From a virus, in the IMG/VR virus record IMGVR_UViG_3300009104_000017, positions 3,308 through 67,307 of that record: a stretch of DNA of 64,000 nucleotides. One strand, written 5' to 3'. Below, one piece after another: positions 18,068 to 28,022 of this stretch. The stretch's first letter is position 1, and the number at the start of each line of letters is the position of its first letter. The position numbers were made by a program, and so were the translations under genes. The notes beneath the pieces are model-generated. The model was not told the DNA's origin and did not search any database. It saw nothing but the letters and a program-made list of their open reading frames with translations.

Positions 18068-20055
18068 AATACGCACCTAAAGGTATGTTTCCTGAAGATG
18101 ATGAAGATTCTTATGAGATAGAATTAGATTCTGACTTAGACGTATGGAATCGTGGTAGTGGTTATACTTGGGGTGGTGGCACTTCATGGTGGCAATCAAG
18201 TCACGGTGGTTCTACCATGTCGAGTATGTGGTCATGGGGTGGCAGTAGTTATACCCATAACAACGCATCTCGTATGCTTAAACATAAAACTCATATTGAT
18301 AGTTTATGTAAAGTTACTGACCCTAATGTTTCTCATACCCTTGATTTTGCATCCGACCATACAAGTGGTCATACTGATATGAATCGTGGTCATATTGTTG
18401 TTGATGGTAGTCTTATCAAAGATAACGATGATAAGTTAGACGTATTATCAGGATTGGCTATACACGAAAAGCTACACGTTATTCATAGTAAACCATTAAT
18501 GAGATGGCAAAGTGATAAGAGATATGAGTTATGTAAAACTCAAGGTAGTAGAGAATTATTACATTCTATCGCTAATATTGTAGAAGATGAGTATATAGAA
18601 CGTCAGTTACATAAGACATGTGCTGGGTATGTTCATTATATCGAAGCTTGTAAGAAACATTACTTTGATTCTCAAGCCGATGCTATTAATAGTGATACTA
18701 ATGAGTTTAGTGATATACTAAATACTTTCCTTATGTTAGTTAGATACCCATCTGAGATAGATTTAGATAGGCGTAAACGCCATGCGCCCCACATCCGAGT
18801 GATGATGAGTGCCATTAGGAAAGGTATAGACAGCCGTGAGGCTACATATGTTTGTATAGAAACTATATTTAGATATATGTTAGCTATTGCAGAAAAGATG
18901 GCTGAAAAAGATAAAGATAAACTTTCTAAAGATATGGCTGAACGTGCAGAAAAGATGGCAGAGAAAAGATATGGTGAAGAGTTTGGTGATATGGAAGGTA
19001 TAGATGATGCTATGAAAAAGGAGATAAAAGAAGGATTAGCTAAAGATATACTAAAAAGACTACTAAGTAGGATGGACCCATCTGATAGTGTTTCTACTGT
19101 ATGGGATAAGGCTATGAAGAAAGCCGTTGAAGCGTTATCTGATTATAAAGCTGAAACTATTGATGAAGCTCTCCGTAAAGAGATAAAAGAATTAGCAGAT
19201 AGTGACTACTATGAAACAAAGATAGGAAGAGAGATAGCTATTTCTTCAGGACAAAGAGATATAGCATGGCAAAAAGCTATGCCTTCAGAATATGACAGAG
19301 ATAGATATAAGACTGAAAAAAGACTTATGAAAGGTCAAATTTCTAAATTAAAAAAGAAAATACAACTCTATGGAAATTTACAAAAACACCATATATACAA
19401 CCAAAAGAGAGGTATATTAGATAAGCGTCAGCTACATAAGATACCTATGGGTATGACTGATATTTTTAGAGCTACTGTAATTCAGGAAGATAAACCATTG
19501 GATATATGTATACTTGTAGATGAGTCCGGTAGTATGGGTAGTTACACTATGAGAGATGCGCGTATGGGTGCTATCGCTGTTAAAGAAGCATTAGCTGATA
19601 ATGAAAAGATAAACCTATGGGTATACGGACATAGTGCTGATGAAACTGTTAAAGGTCAAACTGATATGATTGAATATTGGTCTCCTACTATGAAAGATAG
19701 ACCTATGGCTATGGGTGGTATGAAAGCAAGGTATGAAAACCGTGATGGTAATGCCATAGTAGCAAGTGCGGATAAAGTTAAAAGTGAATCTGATAACAAT
19801 GCCCATAAGCTTATGATTGTAATGTCAGATGGTGCGCCATCTGCTGACGGATATAGAGGTCACGGTGCTAAAGACCATACTAAGAAATGTGTTAAGCATA
19901 TAGAGCAACAAGGTTGGAGTGTTATCCAAGTTGGATTTAGTGGTGCTTACGAATGGATGATGAAGGATATGTTTGATAATTGGGTATATGTAGATAATAC
20001 AGATAAACTCGGTGACGAACTATCAAAGATTATCCGTAAGGTGGTAAAGATATGA
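18043..20055 (+). CDS. CobT-like vWA-domain partner of the AAA+ ATPase
   Basis: MIDAS DESGSM, MSDGAP; N-terminal HEKLH...NIVED.YIE. Confidence 0.88.
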   Translation: MDRDDKEIEYAPKGMFPEDDEDSYEIELDSDLDVWNRGSGYTWGGGTSWWQSSHGGSTMSSMWSWGGSSYTHNNASRMLKHKTHIDSLCKVTDPNVSHTLDFASDHTSGHTDMNRGHIVVDGSLIKDNDDKLDVLSGLAIHEKLHVIHSKPLMRWQSDKRYELCKTQGSRELLHSIANIVEDEYIERQLHKTCAGYVHYIEACKKHYFDSQADAINSDTNEFSDILNTFLMLVRYPSEIDLDRRKRHAPHIRVMMSAIRKGIDSREATYVCIETIFRYMLAIAEKMAEKDKDKLSKDMAERAEKMAEKRYGEEFGDMEGIDDAMKKEIKEGLAKDILKRLLSRMDPSDSVSTVWDKAMKKAVEALSDYKAETIDEALRKEIKELADSDYYETKIGREIAISSGQRDIAWQKAMPSEYDRDRYKTEKRLMKGQISKLKKKIQLYGNLQKHHIYNQKRGILDKRQLHKIPMGMTDIFRATVIQEDKPLDICILVDESGSMGSYTMRDARMGAIAVKEALADNEKINLWVYGHSADETVKGQTDMIEYWSPTMKDRPMAMGGMKARYENRDGNAIVASADKVKSESDNNAHKLMIVMSDGAPSADGYRGHGAKDHTKKCVKHIEQQGWSVIQVGFSGAYEWMMKDMFDNWVYVDNTDKLGDELSKIIRKVVKI

Positions 20056-20553
20056 ATGGACTACACTTAGATGGAAACGTAGGATGTATGTATTTTCTTA
20101 GATGGGAAAATATAGTAAATGATAATATCACTACTGAATTACTATGGTGTTCTAACTTAGATATACCATTAGAAGAAATGGACCATGATTATTTAGTAGA
20201 AACCTTAGAATATATCTTTAAAGATAACTATGGAAGTATAGTAAAAGATGTGCATGAATGGGAACCTAATTGGGCTATCCCTGACGGTGCTTACTTTAAC
20301 TTAGGATATGATTGATATGGTAACGATAAAGAATAATGCAAAAGCAACCTTAAAAGGTAAGACTAAGATTAGTCGTATGTGGTTGATACGAAAATTATGT
20401 CAGAAGAAATATAAAACCGTTCGCCCCACCGCTGTCCAGATAAAGGGAGTGATAGACGAATATGGCCTGAATAGATATACTACTGATGGTAAGAAAAGAG
20501 ATAAAGAGGTGATTACTAAAGCTATGCAAAAGGCTATTGCCTCTTTACGCTAA
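20052..20553 (+). CDS. two hypothetical proteins (20052-20315 acidic; 20308-20553 basic)
   Basis: Overlapping ORFs on the coding strand. Confidence 0.6.
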
Positions 20554-20631
20554 GTGGATAGGATAGGAGTAGGAACCCAATTTTTTAATTGACTCATTGT
20601 TTACCTCTTTACCTGCTCTTATCCCCATAAA

Positions 20632-21365
20632 TAGTCGTATAGACTTGAACATTCGCCCCTAAAGTCACAGAGAGAACTTATATCAACCCTGTAAAGCTAC
20701 GGAAATCTCAAGGAGTAAGCTCAAGGGATAATCCCTTTAAAAATATGGGTGATAAACAAGGAGAAGGAGTATGGTTGTTGATATAGGACTATAACTGACT
20801 GAGATATAGAAAGGCCACGCTTACCGCTATCGAGACAATGTCACGCGTATATGTAAGTAGTAGGACTTGGGCTATATCCCAAACAGGTGAGATATACATT
20901 CGAACTTCGTAGTAATACCAAAATCGAATACACATCTCTGGAAAACTGTCGTTATAGATATGTGTTTGCTGGTGAGGAATAACCGATGGAGTATTTTATA
21001 CCTAAAGTAGGTTATGCGCTATCCCTGAGTCATGGAATTTCACTGTCCACTATAAGGATATAATGAACATGAACATATAGCTTAGACCGGAACACTATTC
21101 TTAGTAGGAAGGAGGGTATATGGTTCCTCCTTTAAACTGAACCAAGCTTAGGAGATATATCTTTGTAGCAGAACAGTCGTTGCGATAGTTCCTGAACAGA
21201 TATATAGCTAATCATTATGCACTACCTTTGCGTAAAGCGAGAATCCTACCGTTATTTGATGGAATTAGAAGAATCAGATAATGTATGCGCTTCAGATGAG
21301 TAGTTATCTGAACATCGTATATGAGAACCTCTGCTTTGTTTAGGGGAAGTCTCTCTATACGACTA
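20632..21365 (+). ncRNA. candidate large (~735 nt) multi-domain structured ncRNA
   Basis: Gap with no + strand ORF; perfect 12-bp terminal pairing, nested long-range stems and many hairpins; next promoter at 21374; strand inferred from context and G-U pairs. Confidence 0.75.
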
Positions 21366-21543
21366 CCATGACCGAAACCTTTAAATAGGATGGTGCAGTT
21401 ATTATGATGATGAAAAAGAAGTCGTTGGCTAAACAGCCTTATGAGTCCTATGAATTGCCTAAATCTGCTGAGAAAGGCGGGTCTTTTGTAGACTTCAATA
21501 GGATTATAGAGAGAAAACCTGTAAAGGTAGTGAGAAAGAAAAA

Positions 21544-23499
21544 ATGATACCCCAAACGAGATGTAACACTTGCGGATGCACATTAGCATTAGCATATGCT
21601 AAGTATAAAGATACTGCTGGGAATACCTATTGCTATGTATGCTATCAGAGGTTACTATGAGTAATAGAGACGATATGATATCATCTGATTCAGTTATGCT
21701 TGTAACCGGTATGTTATTCGGATTTTGTATTGGGCTTGTGGTAGGATATTGGATATTATGAACACAAAAGTTATAGAGTTGGCTCGTGAGCTTTTAGAAA
21801 CGAGTGATTATTTATGGGAAAAAGCCATAGAGATGGCTGAGGAAGAATTAGGCATAGGTTATTATGATGAAAATTAGAGATGTGTGGGATTATCCTACAC
21901 GTATGAATGAAGCTATGTGGTATATCCTTATAGCTTTCTTCGCAATGATATGGATGTGGATGTTTATATGGGCATAAGTTGGAGAGTAACATATGAAGAG
22001 TTTTGTTTTGGATATCTCCAGATATTTATTGCCTTAGCAATATGGGGTATTTAGATGGATATTTGCACTTGGTGTAATATTGAAAGAGAAGAGTTATATA
22101 TGGGCGGAGGATTATATGTATATAAATGCCCTAAATGTAATAGTAGAATGGAAGTGAAACAATGAAAAGAGATAGAAGTAGTTTAGCTACACGAATAAAG
22201 AAGCTGGAAGCTGAGAATGAACTATTGAAAGACTATATTGATAATATAGCTTGTATAATAGAATGTCAGATGCCTTTAAAGGAACAGGATTTATGGGTAG
22301 ATGATGTAGTTGATATGGGATGGTATAAACGTGGTAGCGACTAAGAACGAGATAGAAGAGATAGTTAGAGTTATGTGCCAATGGTTACCTGAAACCTATG
22401 CTTATGATATGATGACAGAAGTATGGGATGTGGTTGGGCAGTATACTGATAATGAATCTCTTAAAGAAACTATTAGATTAATAGTAGATGAAATAGAGAA
22501 TCAGGACCACATTAAGTGGGATGGTATAGAAGAGATTAGATGAGTGGTGATTGGAGTTTATATAATGTCAAATACTGTAAAATATGTAGTGATAGGATTC
22601 GCCTTAGTCAGCACATTCTGTATGATAGCACTTGTTTCGCTTGTTTGGAGAACATAAGAGATGCCAAAAAAGATAAAAAGCGTAAAGAAATCGAAAAGCT
22701 CAAAGCCCAAGTCGAGTGGGATGACTAAAGTCAGTAAAGAAGAGCTTGAGAATATACTTATACGAGAAATACAAAAAGAAAATGCACCAAAGATTGCTCT
22801 ACATAATGCATTATTAGAGATAGAATCATTAAAAGAAAAGATAAGACACCCTACATATCATGACTTAGGAAAACCACATGCTTTCCATAAACCTGAGAGT
22901 TTTTACATTGATAATGAACTTGAAGTATGGAGTGACGTAAATAATAGGATGATGCAGATGGAACTTACTAATATAACTTCTTTCTTTATGACTACTGTCG
23001 TGAGTATAATGGCTTGTGTTGTAGTTGGTTTATGGGTGGTATGGCCGTGAGTTGGTATAATATTAAACAAACAATACGAGAAGTATTAGGATTAAGCTTT
23101 AATTATAAATGAGAAAAAAACATTATATCAATCCTGAATTGAAAACAACATGGTGTGGTAGACCTTTGAAAGGTAGGCATATAAGGTCAGGTATGAAAAG
23201 CCTTAAGTATGTTAACTGTAAACATTGTTTAAATCAAGTCACGGGAGATAAACCTGATAAATATTGGAATAAATATCCTGAATACAAAAAGTTATATGAA
23301 AGTTAATGGTAGAAGAGGATTCAAAAAGACTGATACAGTCATACCCGACCACAGGGGTAATAAATGTTATAACTGTGGTAAAAACACACGCAACAAAGAG
23401 AGAATATACTGTAAGAAGTGTAGATATGACCTACATTATGGTAGACGTCATGGCTTTATGTCATTAGAGGAGTTTGTAAACGACCCTTTCTATGACTGA
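21544..23499 (+). CDS. run of small hypothetical genes, several CxxC Zn-ribbons (e.g. 22162-22344, 22540-22728, 23109-23306, 23296-23499)
   Basis: Closely packed short ORFs; individual boundaries less certain. Confidence 0.5.
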
Positions 23500-23653
23500 G
23501 CTACTACTAAGCATATATATATTATATAAAGCTCTATTGGTATTTAATAAGGCTCTATTAAGATAGCTTAATATATATATTACCGAAAGCTTTATATAGA
23601 ACCATGCTCTATATAGATATATAGCTTTAATAGAGCTATATGAGTGGCATGGC

Positions 23654-24148
23654 ATGGCTAAGAATACAGGAAAGAACTTCGAGAATGAGATAAGGAGGAG
23701 CCTAAAGGCATGTGATTGTTGGTGGTTCCGTATACAGGATACTAATGACGTCAGTAGATATGTCAAACGGGCAGTCGCAGAAAAGCAACCCGCTGATTTT
23801 ATGGCTGTGTATCGTAGTCGGCCTGTTCTTATCGAGTGTAAAACCACACGTAATCTTACTTCTTTTCCTTTATATTATGGTGCTACTCGGTCTATACCTA
23901 CACACCAAATTAAAATGGCGCGACAAGCACAACAACATGGGGCGTTAGCATTTATACTTATAAGACGTGACGAACCGAGAAATAAACGCGTCTTTGCTAT
24001 AACGCCTGAACAGGCTGATTACCTTTACAAAAAGAAGGATGGAAAAAGCATAAATTGGAAATGGTTTCATGCTAATGCCTTCGAATTAAAAAAACTATCA
24101 ACCCCATTAAGATGGGAAATGATACCACTATTTGAGGAACACTTATGA
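23654..24148 (+). CDS. Holliday junction resolvase (RecU/Hjc-like PD-(D/E)XK)
   Basis: GKNFENEI, PADF, IECKTT. Confidence 0.85.
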   Translation: MAKNTGKNFENEIRRSLKACDCWWFRIQDTNDVSRYVKRAVAEKQPADFMAVYRSRPVLIECKTTRNLTSFPLYYGATRSIPTHQIKMARQAQQHGALAFILIRRDEPRNKRVFAITPEQADYLYKKKDGKSINWKWFHANAFELKKLSTPLRWEMIPLFEEHL

Positions 24149-24348
24149 ATAACGACGGAACTCGTATGTATACTTGCCATAATTGTCACGAAATGATGCC
24201 TGAGAAACTTAGGTATGGACAGCAAACCTATCCGATAGGTGAATGGCACGTATGTGATGAGTGTATGGAAGCTGAGTTTCAGGAGAATCTCGGTGAGTAA
24301 CCGAAAGCTTTATATACCCTCTCGCTATGACATTAACAAGGTGATAAA

Positions 24349-24645
24349 ATGAAAAGCAGAACAGCAAATCAGTTGGTAGAAGCAGTTATGCACTACCAAA
24401 AAACAGGAAATCACAAACAAGTGGTTATAAATTACAATCCAGCTAACAGGACTGAATATAAGTTTAGTGGTTGGAAACATGAGAGAGACCATCACTCTCC
24501 ACGTTCTATACTTCCAGAAGATATAGTTGTGAGTAAAGATGGAAATATGCTTGTTGTAGGATATGACAACAGATATAACTTAAAACAGTTTACATCTCAG
24601 CATCCTCAACATATAAGAGCATACAGAATGGATAGAATATGCTAA
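24349..24645 (+). CDS. stand-alone WYL-like domain protein
   Basis: RSILPEDIVVSKDGNMLVVGYD...IRAYRMDRI follows the WYL pattern. Confidence 0.65.
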   Translation: MKSRTANQLVEAVMHYQKTGNHKQVVINYNPANRTEYKFSGWKHERDHHSPRSILPEDIVVSKDGNMLVVGYDNRYNLKQFTSQHPQHIRAYRMDRIC

Positions 24646-24968
24646 AAGAGTTTGTTGAGTTAATTGATTCAGATAACGAAATGATTGATGTTAAAGAATT
24701 ATTTAACATAACCGACAAACGCAAATGGCAGAAATGGATTGATATATTCGAAACCATACGTATAGATAGTGTCGCAAGTGGTTTAAAAGAAGTGTCTGAG
24801 ACATATAAGTTAAACAAAACTGAAGAGATAACTATCTTAGCATACGTCAAGTTCCTTGAGCTAATGATAGCCAAAGTTGAGGTTGCGGGGCGTATGGAAA
24901 AGGAAATGAATAAAGATAAGGTCGGCGACAAAGTCACTGAGTCGAATTGGAGTGGAATGTATGGGTAG
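24639..24968 (+). CDS. hypothetical protein
   Basis: Overlaps upstream ORF. Confidence 0.6.
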   Translation: MLKEFVELIDSDNEMIDVKELFNITDKRKWQKWIDIFETIRIDSVASGLKEVSETYKLNKTEEITILAYVKFLELMIAKVEVAGRMEKEMNKDKVGDKVTESNWSGMYG

Positions 24969-25099
24969 AAGTAAAGGAAATTTGGGGCGTAGAGTCCCAG
25001 CACATCATATGAACCCACCAAATAAGGAGATACATCCAGAGTGGTGGGAAGATGAGGCCAATCTTATGAGATTGCACCCATCGTATCAGGAGAGAAAAA

Positions 25100-25519
25100 A
25101 TGTGGAAAAAAAGAGACAACAGAAGAAATAACAACCTTGACGATACGTTTAGCGAGTTATTAGATGCTTGGATGGATATGTTAAGCATATCTATGCCGGT
25201 AAGCCAGATGAATGATTGGGTAGAGATGCCCTCTAAAGTTAAAAAGAACAACGCTATGTCATATGAAGATAGAGATAAAGATATAGTCTTTACTATCGAT
25301 ATGCCGGGTGTTCAAAAGAAGGATATAGATATAACAATAGAAGAACATTCTATTAAAGTAACTGCTCAAAACGAAAAGGGTAGAAATTATAACTATACTC
25401 GTAGATTTAAACCAACAGTAGATGAAAATAGTGCTGTTGCCACTTTCACTAATGGTGTATTAGATATCACTGTTAAGAAAGTAGAGGAAAAGAAAGGAAA
25501 ACAGGTGAAAATAAAATGA
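25100..25519 (+). CDS. hsp20: small heat shock protein (Hsp20/alpha-crystallin)
   Basis: DMPGVQKKDIDI and ATFTNGVLDITVKK. Confidence 0.92.
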   Translation: MWKKRDNRRNNNLDDTFSELLDAWMDMLSISMPVSQMNDWVEMPSKVKKNNAMSYEDRDKDIVFTIDMPGVQKKDIDITIEEHSIKVTAQNEKGRNYNYTRRFKPTVDENSAVATFTNGVLDITVKKVEEKKGKQVKIK

Positions 25520-25683
25520 ATCAAATAGGAACTGTTAAGCGTATAGACCAATACGAACGTGTATATGTCCCAAAACAAATCTTAGAAGCTCTAGGATTGG
25601 AGAAGGAAGTAGGACATTGCGTTTGGGTAGAGACTGAACAAGGTTTTATGCTTAAGAAAGCAAATGTAGAGATAGAAGAGTGA
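25516..25683 (+). CDS. AbrB/SpoVT/MazE-like DNA-binding protein
   Basis: MNQIGTVKRIDQYERVYVPKQILEALGL resembles AbrB GIVRKVDELGRVVIP; ATGA overlap; not in ORF track. Confidence 0.7.
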   Translation: MNQIGTVKRIDQYERVYVPKQILEALGLEKEVGHCVWVETEQGFMLKKANVEIEE

Positions 25684-26655
25684 GCAAAGACAAAAAGTTA
25701 CAGTTCAACCGAATCTGGGAAAAAGGAGGGAAAGCTAAGCAAACCCTCCTCCAGAAGGTTGCTGTTAGGGGTCTAGAAACTACTGAAAAAATCTGTTTTG
25801 AATATTATATGGGGTGGATAAAACCCTTTGTAGTTACAAAATGGGGAAAAGTAGAGTGGAAAAACCCGTATTGGGATAGGAGTTTTAGAAATGTTAGACG
25901 AGGAAAGAAACGTTTTAAAGGACATAATAAGAGAAAGAACAAAAAATCACGTAGGTGATTGGACTCCGTTTGTCCATAATGTTGAAGACTTACTTAGTCA
26001 TATAGATGAGTTATCTTCTAGCATTGATGAACTAAAGAATGAGATTGGTGAAGTGAAAGGAATGGTGAAAAACTTGAGAAAAATATTAATAAAACTGGAG
26101 GTCATAGATGACAGATTCATCTTCTGAAGATAATCGAGATGCTATGACTGAGATGGCTGGTGACTTAATCCAAGCTAAAATGGATGCGGCACGGCAGCCT
26201 CAAAATTTGACTCATCTATTAAAATTAGGTTGTTTCCATATGGAAATTGTCCCTAGTAAAGATATAGATGTAGAGACTGTCTTTAAAGATGTTATAGCTG
26301 ACTTACATAAAAAGTTTGGTGATAAAATCTTAGAGATAGATATAAAGGGCTTACATAACGAGCATACTGGAGGTATGCACGGATGAGACAGCCCGAAGCA
26401 GGAACTACCGTAGGAAAATGCACCTTCTGTAAAGATTATATTATAGAAGGTATGGGCAATAGAGCCAAACATGCTACTGTCAGAAGTGGACATTGGATGT
26501 GTGGTGACTGTGTTATAGGTATGAAAGATATCGTTCTTAATGCTTTTATGGATTACCATAGAGAAGCAGAGACCGAAAAAGAAGAGCTACTGGCTCAAGT
26601 GAAAAAGTATGGATGGTCTGTGAACCCTGAAACGGGAAAGCTACAAAAGCTTTAA
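25680..26655 (+). CDS. four hypothetical proteins (25680-25958, 25891-26127 coiled coil, 26108-26386, 26383-26655 Zn finger)
   Basis: Overlapping operon-like ORFs. Confidence 0.55.
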
Positions 26656-26689
26656 ATAGACCCCTGTATATATAGGAGAAGTGATTACA

Positions 26690-26899
26690 ATGGCTGAACA
26701 AACAGAATTAGTAAACGTAGGCGGATTATTCCGCAATGAAAGCAAGAAAGGTGACGTCTATTACTCAGGTAAGGGTGAAGATGAAACTAACTATGTTCTA
26801 TTCAGGAACGCATATTGGAAAGAAGGTGAAAATAAACCTTACTTCCGATTAATGAAGAAAGTTCCCGTAGGTTCTGCACCAACTAAGGTGCAAGACTGA
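26690..26899 (+). CDS. DUF736-like small nucleic-acid-binding protein
   Basis: VGGLFRNESKKGDVYYSGK...NKPYFRL. Confidence 0.55.
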   Translation: MAEQTELVNVGGLFRNESKKGDVYYSGKGEDETNYVLFRNAYWKEGENKPYFRLMKKVPVGSAPTKVQD

Positions 26900-27588
26900 T
26901 GGAATATAGCGACTGGGTTGAATCTAATGGTAGGGTATGGTTACACGACGATATGACTGCTTTAGGGCAGTTTGCATACGTCAACCCTATTATTAGAGCA
27001 AACCATTGGCATAATGGTAGGAAGAAAAGGTGTTATAAGAATGATTATGAAAAGTGTTTTAGCTGTGAAAAAGGCGTTCCAAGTCAGTTGGAATATACTT
27101 ATGGAATTTTTACGGTTAGTAAAGACAAAACTGTCAGATACTTATCAACGAATCTCTCTACTCATAACTCTATTCAAAGAAGCTTCGCCCAGCTTCTTGA
27201 AGAGAATGTTAACCCTTGTTCGATTTTATTCGAAATTCACAGGGGGAAAGTAAAAACTGCTACTGGTAGAGAAGTTAAAGGATATAACCTTAGCGGAATG
27301 ATAGATATACAAGATGGTGAAATAACTACCTTAGCTACTCCATTTATAGATGAAGTAGATAGGCCGTCTCCCTTCCCTGATGAAGCTGAGTGGGTCGTTC
27401 CACGAATAATAGCTGACGGGTTGTTGGATAAAGATGGACATGAATTTGACCTTATATCTCTATTCTTACTTATGAAAGATAGGTTTCCCAGTCATACAGA
27501 TAAAGACTTAAAGCAATATGCTATAAGATTAATAAATAATGGCACGTTAGATTTAAGACGTGCTGTGGAGAACGCATGGGAAATTTAG
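26899..27588 (+). CDS. putative ssDNA-binding protein (gp32-like Zn motif)
   Basis: HW...RC...CFSC; in replication operon. Confidence 0.45.
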   Translation: MEYSDWVESNGRVWLHDDMTALGQFAYVNPIIRANHWHNGRKKRCYKNDYEKCFSCEKGVPSQLEYTYGIFTVSKDKTVRYLSTNLSTHNSIQRSFAQLLEENVNPCSILFEIHRGKVKTATGREVKGYNLSGMIDIQDGEITTLATPFIDEVDRPSPFPDEAEWVVPRIIADGLLDKDGHEFDLISLFLLMKDRFPSHTDKDLKQYAIRLINNGTLDLRRAVENAWEI

Positions 27589-28022
27589 CAGATAAAAGAA
27601 GATTAAGAAAAGAAAAAGATAAGCAGATATATGATGGTGACATAGTTATATCAGAAAAGGATGAGCATATGTATATACCTTTTGTAAAAAGAGGTAATGA
27701 TGAGACTCGCCCGTGGATATATAAAGGATTTTATCGTATGCCAGATGGAAATATAGATATGGAGATGATTAGAATGGATGGGCATATAGAGTTGAAATTG
27801 AATGGTGTAGATAATCATAAAGAGTATATGGGTAGAGCTGTGGGTGAATTTATAGATAAAGTATATAAAGAAAGTCCTCATGAATCTGAGACTGTATCTC
27901 TTGAGGAACATGAATCTGAGACTGACTTATTAAAGAAAGAAATTGCACATCTACATGAACGTCATGAAAAAGATAAAATCATAGTAGACCGATTTAGAAA
28001 ATTAATGGAAAATTTAGAATAA
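27576..28022 (+). CDS. hypothetical protein
   Basis: Coupled ORF; short internal repeat HESET x2. Confidence 0.55.
   Translation: MGNLADKRRLRKEKDKQIYDGDIVISEKDEHMYIPFVKRGNDETRPWIYKGFYRMPDGNIDMEMIRMDGHIELKLNGVDNHKEYMGRAVGEFIDKVYKESPHESETVSLEEHESETDLLKKEIAHLHERHEKDKIIVDRFRKLMENLE

Noticed and set aside
16667-20055. Cobalamin biosynthesis (CobS/CobT) supplying B12 to NrdJ
   Set aside because: No CobN in the window; viral AAA+/vWA pairs are generic chaperone modules, so a cobaltochelatase role is unsupported
20632-21365. Group I or group II intron
   Set aside because: No interrupted gene, no domain V, and no convincing P7 core pair recognised by eye
27879-27924. Direct repeat CATGAATCTGAGACTG x2
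   Set aside because: In-frame local duplication within a CDS; no evidence of DGR-like template/variable repeats and no reverse transcriptase
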